A stretch of DNA of 60,216 bases, from positions 1-60,216 of the forward strand of contig JAWAEB010000001.1 in the NCBI GenBank assembly GCA_038891515.1, written 5' to 3'. The notes beneath the pieces were generated by a model. It did not search any database, was not told where the DNA came from, and worked only from the letters and a program-made list of their open reading frames with translations. Made by a program: the position numbers and the translations under genes. Each line of letters begins with the position of its first letter. The stretch's first letter is position 1. This DNA is from Nitrososphaerota archaeon. GTDB taxonomy: Archaea; Thermoproteota; Nitrososphaeria_A; Caldarchaeales; Caldarchaeaceae. Shown here one piece after another: positions 27,260-34,698 of this stretch.

Positions 27260-29704
27260 CTACTTGCTTCTTGATGAGGTATTTAAATCTTTGAAGCTTT
27301 CCGAGAAGTGAATAGCTCTCTTAACCCTGTAAGGGGTCAGCGGCATCTCATCAATCTCGACACCCAATGGACGCAGTGCATCCTCAACGGCATTGAGAAG
27401 GGCCACAGGAGGAGGTATGGCTCCACCCTCTCCACCACCCTTGAACCCACCTACGGTATAAGGTGACGGTGAAGACAGATGCTCTATTGTGAGCGGGGGC
27501 GACTCTACAGCGGATGGGAGTAGGTAGTCCATCAATGTTGTGTTTAGTGGATATCCGTTTTCGTCATAGCTCAGTTCTTCAAATAGTCCGCCCCCAATCC
27601 CCTGGACAACTCCACCTGCTATCTGCCCATCCAACAGAAGAGGATTTATGATGTTCCCAGTATCGCTTACAAACACTTGACCGAGGATCTTCACCGCACC
27701 AGTTTCAATATCCACCGCTACTGTCACTCCGTAAGCACCGGAGCTATAGGTAGGATAGATATTCGTCCTCCCCTTTTCATCCGGGAGATATCTTAGATTG
27801 GGTAGGACATATATGGAGCTTTCTTCAAGTGAGGGTGCCATATCACTTGGCATCCGGTAGGGCTGGGTATAAGCTATTTTTGCCAAATCTTTCATAGTGA
27901 TAGATCTTGATGGTGTATCCTTGACCCATATCCTACCATCCTCAACCAATAGGTCAGCTTGGTTAGCCTCAAGTAGGTATGCAGCTATCCTCGTCAACCG
28001 GTCCCTGAGTTTCCTACATGCTGTGGCAACAGCTCCCACGCCAGCGACTGAGGACCGGCTGGCCCAAGCTCCCAAACCATATGGGCATTCCTCAGTGTCA
28101 CCCTCAACAACGTGCACCATTTCAATCGGTAGCCCTAGCTCGTCCGCCGCTATCTGTGCCAAGGCTGTCTTATGTCCTTGGCCTTGGTCGGCAACTCCAA
28201 CATAGACCGTTATTTCACCAGAGGGCCACATTCTCACCTTCGCGCTCTCATACCCAGTATGCAATGAATTGGGAACAGCGTTAGCCACAGGCTCAAGCAT
28301 AAAGACGATACTTACCCCACAATACACACCGTTCCTCCAAAGACTTTTCTGACGCGACCTGAACCCATCATAATCGATAAGCGTCTTCACCCTCGCCATA
28401 CATTCAGCGTATTGACCACTATCGTACATTGCTCCCGTAGTTGAAACATAGGGAAACTCATCTGGTTTTATAAGGTTCTTGACTCTCAAATCAACAGGGT
28501 CTACCCCGAGTTCCCTTGCAGCCTTATCCATCGCGTGTTCTATTACATAGTTCGAGTCGGCCTTCCCAAAACCGCGGACGGCGCCATAAGGCGCCTTGTT
28601 AGTTCTCACACACACCATCTCGACCAAGTAGTTGCTGACTCTGTAGCCACTTGGGATGAACCTAGCAGTAGCCATAACAGAAGCTAAGCCTGGTTGGGGA
28701 ACGTATGCCCCTAGGTCGGCCAAAAATCTATCCTTTATAGCCAGCAGTGTACCATCCCGCCTGAAGCCGAGTTCTACGTAGTGAACTTGCTCCCGTGAAT
28801 GGCATGTGGCCATTAGATGCTCACTTCTAGTCTCAATCCATTTCACAGGTCTCCCCAACATCTTTGAGGTTAGAGGGATGAGGGGTTCTTCTTGGTATAA
28901 GGGTATCTTGACCCCGAACCCCCCACCCACATGTCTGGCTACCACACGTATTTTATGCTCAGGAATGTTGAGAGACTGGGCGATCACCGATTTGAATATG
29001 TGAGGAGTTTGGACGCTTGCGTAGATTGTCATGCTGCCGTCTCCGGGGTTGTAAGCTGCCACATACCCCCTAGGCTCTATCGGTGAACCCGTATACCTAT
29101 GCCTCCTCACTCTATCCTTGACAACTACATCCGACTGCTCAAATGCGGACGCAACATCACCAGACTCAAACCTTGTCGAAAGCACAATGTTGTCAGGCCA
29201 GCCCTCATGTATTATGGGCGCATCATCTCTAATGGCTTTTTCCATATCTACTACCGGTGGTAATTCTTCGTAGTTAACTGCTATTAGTTCAAGGGCATCC
29301 TGTGCAACATACCGGTCTTCTGCTATGACAATAGCCACGGGCTCCCCGACATAGAACACTTTATTCACAGCAAGACAGTAACATTCTGCACGTCTCATCT
29401 GTGGATGTGAGACTGTCAGTGGGAGAGGGGGGAGAATCTTAACAATATCGCTCCCAGTCAATACGAGAGCAACCCCTTGGGATCTTCGTGCCTCGGAAAC
29501 ATCTATGCTTCTAATTCTTGCATGGGGATACGGGCTTCTTAGAAAGGCGGCGTACAGCATTCTAGGTAGGAAAACATCGTCAACATATGTTCCTAACCCT
29601 CTGACCAGCGTGGGATCTTCAGCTCTTCTCACAGCTTGCCCTATAAAGTCACCCAAAAAGACTACACACCTCAGAATCCAATGAATACACCTTCTTAAAT
29701 CCAT
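27260..29704 (-). CDS. xanthine dehydrogenase/CoxL-family molybdopterin-binding large subunit (orphan)
   Basis: AVRRAEDPTLVRGLGTYVDD N-terminus, RHVGGGFGVK and GGFKGGGEGGAIPP are family motifs. There is no form-I CO dehydrogenase CSFR loop. The start is uncertain: the track ORF runs to 29845, while homology starts near 29650 (ATG 29704/29710 or TTG 29656). No FAD or 2Fe-2S subunit genes are adjacent. Confidence 0.85.
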   Translation of the reverse strand: MDLRRCIHWILRCVVFLGDFIGQAVRRAEDPTLVRGLGTYVDDVFLPRMLYAAFLRSPYPHARIRSIDVSEARRSQGVALVLTGSDIVKILPPLPLTVSHPQMRRAECYCLAVNKVFYVGEPVAIVIAEDRYVAQDALELIAVNYEELPPVVDMEKAIRDDAPIIHEGWPDNIVLSTRFESGDVASAFEQSDVVVKDRVRRHRYTGSPIEPRGYVAAYNPGDGSMTIYASVQTPHIFKSVIAQSLNIPEHKIRVVARHVGGGFGVKIPLYQEEPLIPLTSKMLGRPVKWIETRSEHLMATCHSREQVHYVELGFRRDGTLLAIKDRFLADLGAYVPQPGLASVMATARFIPSGYRVSNYLVEMVCVRTNKAPYGAVRGFGKADSNYVIEHAMDKAARELGVDPVDLRVKNLIKPDEFPYVSTTGAMYDSGQYAECMARVKTLIDYDGFRSRQKSLWRNGVYCGVSIVFMLEPVANAVPNSLHTGYESAKVRMWPSGEITVYVGVADQGQGHKTALAQIAADELGLPIEMVHVVEGDTEECPYGLGAWASRSSVAGVGAVATACRKLRDRLTRIAAYLLEANQADLLVEDGRIWVKDTPSRSITMKDLAKIAYTQPYRMPSDMAPSLEESSIYVLPNLRYLPDEKGRTNIYPTYSSGAYGVTVAVDIETGAVKILGQVFVSDTGNIINPLLLDGQIAGGVVQGIGGGLFEELSYDENGYPLNTTLMDYLLPSAVESPPLTIEHLSSPSPYTVGGFKGGGEGGAIPPPVALLNAVEDALRPLGVEIDEMPLTPYRVKRAIHFSESFKDLNTSSRSK

Positions 29705-30101
29705 TACCATAGCAGAATTGATGATGTCCTGATAGACAGCACCAGTATGTTTCATAAATGCCATGGTCTTAGGAGAGATTAGAACAAAAAGTTTCCCGTT
29801 CTCAATCTCTTTGTTGTGTCTGGTTCCAAGGTGATAGCCCTTCAAAAAGAGATCAAGAGTTCATCTAGCTCGAATAACACGACTCCCGCGAAAAAGGCAA
29901 GATAATCACCCAACGGTTTTTAAGAATCACACTATAGGGATTAAAAGTGGTTTTGTTCCAAGAGCATCCATTGTGGACAAAGTCTTAACCGCTCATAACT
30001 GGCTTTGCTCATCAGAAAAGAGGCATAACCTAGTGCCCGCAAAGGTATTTGGGGGTATGGCCCCCGGGGGAAGCTGTTCGAGATCTATGATGAACTAGCA
30101 G

Positions 30102-30593
30102 TTATAGCTTGTACCCTATTTTTCTGATAAACTCCTTTCTCTCTTTTATTTGTTCTTGACCCTCTATTCCTTTCGGCTTAAAGCCGTCCACCACGCCCAA
30201 TAGGCTGCGGCCCTGCTCGGTCTCGGCAACTATCACCTGTAGTGGGTTGGCTGTGGCTGCCAGTATTGTGCAGACTTCCGGGACGTCTTTGAGGCGTTGC
30301 ATTATGTTGATGGGGTAGAAGCCTCTGATGTAGAGGAGGAACGTGTGGCCGCATCCTATTCTGAGGGCTGTCTGGGCTGCTGTGTCTCTCAGTTCAGGGT
30401 CTGTGCCCTCATGTCTGATGAGGCATGGCCCGCTGGCCTCCGTGAAAGCTAGGCCGAACTTTGGGTTGGGGACTGTGTTTACGATGGCCTCGTATATGTC
30501 CTCCACACTCTTGATGAAGTGGCTTATGCCTAGGATTACGTTGCACCCCTCAGGCGGCTTGACATCAATAACCTCCAACTTGATGCTGGACAT
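30102..30593 (-). CDS. adenosine-specific kinase family protein (PAE2307/COG1839-like)
   Basis: 163 aa. NVILGISHFIKSVEDIYEAI...KFGLAFTEASGPCLIRHEG...GCGHTFLLYIRGFYPINIM...ATANPLQVIV...LLGVVDG...IGYKL matches this conserved archaeal family. Assigned from memory. Confidence 0.6.
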   Translation of the reverse strand: MSSIKLEVIDVKPPEGCNVILGISHFIKSVEDIYEAIVNTVPNPKFGLAFTEASGPCLIRHEGTDPELRDTAAQTALRIGCGHTFLLYIRGFYPINIMQRLKDVPEVCTILAATANPLQVIVAETEQGRSLLGVVDGFKPKGIEGQEQIKERKEFIRKIGYKL

Positions 30594-30625
30594 GAATATT
30601 CATCGACATTCTTGGATAAATAATT

Positions 30626-31687
30626 TCACATGCTCCTCTCGATGAGGAAACGACAGAGCATAGCCAGCTTATCTCTAGCCTCTGAGGGCTTCAGAAGCCT
30701 CTCCACTACCGCCCATGACTCGGAGAGTATTCTAACCGCTACCTCTCTGGCATATTTGTCAGCGCCCGACCTTCTCACCAGCTCTATGGCCTCGGCTATG
30801 AGTGACCCGTCCTGCGTATGCATGGCTAGAATCTCCTTCAACCTAGCAGCGTCTTCAGGCTGTAAGTGTCTCATAGCATAAACTGTGAGTATGGTTTTCT
30901 TGCCCTCTGTGATGTCTCCACCCACCTCCTTTCCATACTTCCGCTCCTCTCCGAAGAGGTTCAGCAGGTCATCCTGTATCTGGAAGGCTACGCCTATCGA
31001 TTCTCCGAACTCCCCCAGCTCCCTTCTCACCTCGTCTCCACAGCCTGCGGCTATGCATGCCAGCTCGACGGCGAGCCTAGACATAGAGCCTGTCTTAAGC
31101 GCACACATCTGGAGATACTGCTCCACCGAGACATCATCCACTAGCCCCCTATGCCACACAATATCCATCGTCTGGCCCAGGCTCAGTCTAACCATATGCT
31201 CCACATATAGGATTGATAGCTTGGCGGCAGTCTGCGGGTCGAGCTTACGTAAGAGAACATGGACTGGGATATAGTAGAGGGCGTTGCCAGCGTTGACGGC
31301 TATATCCACACCATAAATCCTATGTATGCATGGTGCTCCCCTCCTCATCAGGCTTCCATCCTCCACATCATCGACGATCAATGTAGCGTTGTGAATTATC
31401 TCTGGAATGGCTGCGAACTCCAGTATGTCCTTGGAGGTTCCGCCCAACGCCTCATAGGTGAGTATTGTCAGGGCTGGTCTCCACCTCTTCCCACCACGTC
31501 CCAGAAGGTCCCAAAATGGTCTGGAAATCCCATCCGTGAGTGACTGGGTCTCATAGGCGTAACGGGGTTTTCCGAAGAATCTCTCCAAGTAGCTAAGCTT
31601 GAACTCCTTGGGCGCCAGCTGCTCCATTATCTCATCAACCCTTTTGGAGTATTCGGCTAGCACGGCCAATATGTCTTGCTCCTTCAT
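30626..31687 (-). CDS. polyprenyl (geranylgeranyl) diphosphate synthase
   Basis: 353 aa. First Asp-rich motif IVDDVEDGSLMRRG; second Asp-rich motif FQIQDDLLNL. Confidence 0.8.
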   Translation of the reverse strand: MKEQDILAVLAEYSKRVDEIMEQLAPKEFKLSYLERFFGKPRYAYETQSLTDGISRPFWDLLGRGGKRWRPALTILTYEALGGTSKDILEFAAIPEIIHNATLIVDDVEDGSLMRRGAPCIHRIYGVDIAVNAGNALYYIPVHVLLRKLDPQTAAKLSILYVEHMVRLSLGQTMDIVWHRGLVDDVSVEQYLQMCALKTGSMSRLAVELACIAAGCGDEVRRELGEFGESIGVAFQIQDDLLNLFGEERKYGKEVGGDITEGKKTILTVYAMRHLQPEDAARLKEILAMHTQDGSLIAEAIELVRRSGADKYAREVAVRILSESWAVVERLLKPSEARDKLAMLCRFLIERSM

Positions 31688-31725
31688 CTCCCACCGGATT
31701 GACTATGCATCTGGGTTAAAAGGAG

Positions 31726-32493
31726 TTAGGCCCTCAGGCCACGCCTCCTTAGATAGGATGAGACAGCCTCATTCGCCTTACGCGCTTCCTTGGTCAGGAG
31801 TGTCCTCTGGGCTAGATATTCCCTGTAGCTCCCCGTCCAGCCAGCGTATTTCTTGAGATATCCCTCCTGACCTAGCAATCTATCAACTGTGGCTACGTAT
31901 CTCTCCACATCCTCAGCGCTAACTGGTGTGTAACCATCCACGTGGAGGACGGTTTCTATGGGCCACCTAGGTCTCTGGGGTGGCGCCTCATCCTTCTCAC
32001 CTATGAGGAGGACAACCAATGGAATCACGCCGGCGGGGAGCTTCAAAACCTCGGAGATCCGCTCACACTCGTAAAGTCCGCAGTCTAGGATAAGCGTTCC
32101 ATATCCCATTATCTCCGAGGCCAGAATCGCATTCATCACGGCCAGTCCCACCTCAAAGACTCCGAGCAGGGACTCGGCTGGATAGGCGTCAGCCCTCAGA
32201 ACATGCTCTGTTACAAGGCTGTCCAGAAGTGTGGTTACCCTCTTGAGATCTAGGCAGACGACTAGAGCTGCGCCAGCCTGTCTGATGGCATCACTTCCGC
32301 AAATCTTGTACAGCTCCTCCCTCAGCTCAGCCCGCTCCACAAGTATGAAGGAATATGCTTGGTAGTAATATGGTGCGGCCTGCCCAGCCTCGATGATCAC
32401 CTTGAGGACATCCCTATCTATCCCACCCGGTCTGAAGCGCCTGATCGAGCGTCTGGAGAAGATGATGTTGAATAGGGCATGAGGCTTTTTCAT
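31726..32493 (-). CDS. nitroreductase-family protein
   Basis: 255 aa. N-terminal IIFSRRSIRRFRPGGIDRDVLKVIIEAGQAAP is the typical nitroreductase start. Confidence 0.7.
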   Translation of the reverse strand: MKKPHALFNIIFSRRSIRRFRPGGIDRDVLKVIIEAGQAAPYYYQAYSFILVERAELREELYKICGSDAIRQAGAALVVCLDLKRVTTLLDSLVTEHVLRADAYPAESLLGVFEVGLAVMNAILASEIMGYGTLILDCGLYECERISEVLKLPAGVIPLVVLLIGEKDEAPPQRPRWPIETVLHVDGYTPVSAEDVERYVATVDRLLGQEGYLKKYAGWTGSYREYLAQRTLLTKEARKANEAVSSYLRRRGLRA

Positions 32494-32534
32494 TTAAGAT
32501 GTGCGTGGATCCGGTGTAGATAAATATAAAAAAA

Positions 32535-33626
32535 TTAGTGGTAGTTGGGTGGGTTCAATGTTTTGATTCCCAGCTGCTCCAGCAGACGGTCCACCTCTTG
32601 GCTCTCATCTGTTGATGTCTGAAGGCCTTGGGCGGCTGTCGGCACCTCGCTCACCTCTAGGACCTGATCTGCGGCCGACAATCCGGTCAGTATCAGCGAC
32701 ACCTGCATGCTGGACGTGTATGTATCCTCCACCCTAGCCCCCCATATCACAAGTCCATCGTTACCCATTAGCTCGGAGATTATCTCCGCCGGCCTAGCTG
32801 CCTCCGAGAGCTGCATATCCTCACCCCCACTGACATGGACTATTGCGCCTGAGAGACCTTCATATGATGCGTCTAGCAAGGGTGATTGGAGGGCGATGAA
32901 TGTGGCTTCTTCTGCCTTATTGGGTGAGGATGACCTGCCTATGCCCAAGGAAGCCAGCTTACCCCTTGATATGATGGTCTTGAAGTCGGCGTAGTCGATG
33001 TTTATCAGGCCTGGCTTGGCTATGGACTCTGTTATGCTGTGAATCATGTTGCTTATGACCTCATCGGCTAGGCTGAAGGCCCTCTTGATGCCATGCTGTG
33101 GGTAGAGGTCTAGAAGCTTATTGTTGTCCACAACGACTGAGGTGTTGGTGTGCTTCCTCAGCTCCTCCAACCCCTGAAGGGCTAGCCTCTTCCTCACCTG
33201 CCCCTCGAAGACAAAGGGCAGGGTCACCACGCCCACGACTATCGCGCCCTCCTCCCTAGCGGTCTCAGCTATGACCGGGGCAGCGCCAGTCCCAGTTCCT
33301 CCGCCCAGTCCGGCAGCGATGAAGACTATGTCGGAGCCTTGGAGAGACTTCCTCAGCTCCTCCCTCGACTCCTCAGCCGCCATCCTACCTCTCACTGGGT
33401 CACCTCCAGCGCCTCGGAGCTTCGTCACAGTCTTTCCCAACAGTATCTTCCTATCAGCCCTTATGAGGTCTAGGTGCTGTAGGTCGGTGTTGGCCGCCAT
33501 CGTCTGGACGCCGAAGAGACCGGCTTCCATAAGCCGGTTCACAGTGTTGCATCCGGCCCCTCCGACTCCCACCAGCTTTATCCTAATGTCCTCAACCGGT
33601 GAAGTAGCATCTATCAGGTCACTCAC
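32535..33626 (-). CDS. ftsZ: cell division protein FtsZ
   Basis: VGVGGAGCNTVNRL, GLGGGTGTGAAPVIAE and INIDYADFKT (T7 loop). GTG start at 33626. Confidence 0.9.
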   Translation of the reverse strand: MSDLIDATSPVEDIRIKLVGVGGAGCNTVNRLMEAGLFGVQTMAANTDLQHLDLIRADRKILLGKTVTKLRGAGGDPVRGRMAAEESREELRKSLQGSDIVFIAAGLGGGTGTGAAPVIAETAREEGAIVVGVVTLPFVFEGQVRKRLALQGLEELRKHTNTSVVVDNNKLLDLYPQHGIKRAFSLADEVISNMIHSITESIAKPGLINIDYADFKTIISRGKLASLGIGRSSSPNKAEEATFIALQSPLLDASYEGLSGAIVHVSGGEDMQLSEAARPAEIISELMGNDGLVIWGARVEDTYTSSMQVSLILTGLSAADQVLEVSEVPTAAQGLQTSTDESQEVDRLLEQLGIKTLNPPNYH

Positions 33627-33765
33627 TCACCTGTACCTCCACCCTGATGAAGTCTCTGACAGCCATTCTGATAGCTTCGGCGCGATTGGGGTATAGCCTA
33701 CGCCTTACCAACTCGTCGATCGCCTGTAGGTATGGTTCAGGTAGGTGCACGGTCACTACTCGCAC
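33619..33765 (-). CDS. ribbon-helix-helix (CopG-type) small DNA-binding protein, CdrS-like; not in the ORF track (48 aa)
   Basis: GTG 33765 is preceded by ggaggtga (33780-33773). The product is (M)RVVTVHLPEPYLQAIDELVRRRLYPNRAEAIRMAVRDFIRVEVQVSE, a beta-strand plus two helices as in RHH proteins. The TGA at 33621-33619 overlaps the ftsZ GTG start (33626-33624). Confidence 0.6.
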   Translation of the reverse strand: MRVVTVHLPEPYLQAIDELVRRRLYPNRAEAIRMAVRDFIRVEVQVSE

Positions 33766-33962
33766 TATTTCTTCACCTCCTCGGTTGGTCCGTTGGGGAT
33801 CATGTTATCGGATAAGGGTTGGTAATACGTCCGTATACCTCCCGTCTCCCGTTCTAATCAATTTTCACCCATCCCTCCAGCGGAAAATGGTTGATGTCGG
33901 GCAACCTGTTGTGGTATGTTACCAATATATGATAGTTTTGGACTGTTCCAGAGGAAGATGGC

Positions 33963-34331
33963 GTGGGTCACCTGGACTCCACATTAGAAGCTGTGAGGGC
34001 TGCTTTGGAGAAACTGTGCCGTGAGGACGAGTCGGCGGTCGTGCTGGTGGAGGGGCCTAGGGATGAGAAGAGTCTGAGGGCGGTAGGCTTTGGTGGCAGG
34101 GTAGTCCACTTGAGGGCGTTGAGAGAGCTGGTGGACACTCTCCCATCTTCAGCTAAGGTGATTCTGCTGCTGGACTTTGATAGGGAGGGTAGGGCTATGA
34201 CCAAGAAGGTGGCTAAGATGCTTGCATCGGAGCATGTGAAGGTGGATCTCTACTACTACCGTGAGCTGAGCTCTGTCAAGAGACTGGGTGTCAACACCGT
34301 CCAAGACTTGGTCTCCCTACTTGAAGGATGA
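33963..34331 (+). CDS. small Toprim-domain protein (COG1658-like)
   Basis: 122 aa, GTG start. VVLVEGPRDEKSLRAVGF (Toprim Glu) and ILLLDFDREGRAM (DxD). Confidence 0.6.
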   Translation: MGHLDSTLEAVRAALEKLCREDESAVVLVEGPRDEKSLRAVGFGGRVVHLRALRELVDTLPSSAKVILLLDFDREGRAMTKKVAKMLASEHVKVDLYYYRELSSVKRLGVNTVQDLVSLLEG

Positions 34332-34670
34332 TGATAGTATATCATTGAGCTCTTGTGTGGCGAATATGTTGCCACGGACCTTGAGCCGTCCTGAGAAGAA
34401 GGCCTTGACTGCGTCTAGCTCACCCTTCATCACAGACACCAGGTCCTGCTGGCTTGCCTCGATTGTGGAGGTGGGTGTTGGATGGAGCCCCTCCACAAGT
34501 CTTATCGTGTTGGATGACACCTCGATATAGAATGGCTCGCCGTCGGATGGTTTGAACTGGAAGATCCGCTCCCACCCGCTCATCTTGTTGAGAAGCTCCG
34601 GTCTACCCTTCACAGCTTCCACAATCCTGGAAGCCTGCTGATACGCCTCCCTACCACTCATCTCCGACAT
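34317..34670 (-). CDS. SCP2 sterol-carrier-like domain protein
   Basis: 117 aa. VMKGELDAVKAFFSGRLKVRGNIFATQEL is the typical SCP2 C-terminal segment. Its 3' end overlaps the Toprim gene by 15 nt. Confidence 0.6.
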   Translation of the reverse strand: MSEMSGREAYQQASRIVEAVKGRPELLNKMSGWERIFQFKPSDGEPFYIEVSSNTIRLVEGLHPTPTSTIEASQQDLVSVMKGELDAVKAFFSGRLKVRGNIFATQELNDILSSSFK

Positions 34671-34698
34671 CCCACGTACGCCCCCATATTAAAATGGT

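Noticed and set aside
29705-29845. N-terminal extension of the first Mo-hydroxylase ORF (MKGYHLGTRHNKEIENGKLFVLISPKTMAFMKH...).
   Set aside because: Family homology, and the alignment with the paralogue at 47305, starts only around FIGQAVRRAEDP (about 29650). The extension has no family counterpart and is probably just open frame upstream of the real start. The exact start remains uncertain.
30051-30070. The run ggggg-tatgg-ccccc-ggggg as a terminator or regulatory hairpin downstream of the adenosine-kinase-family gene.
   Set aside because: It is a short 5-bp stem that could arise by chance. Archaeal terminators do not require hairpins, no adjacent T-run is present, and there is nothing to tie it to a function.
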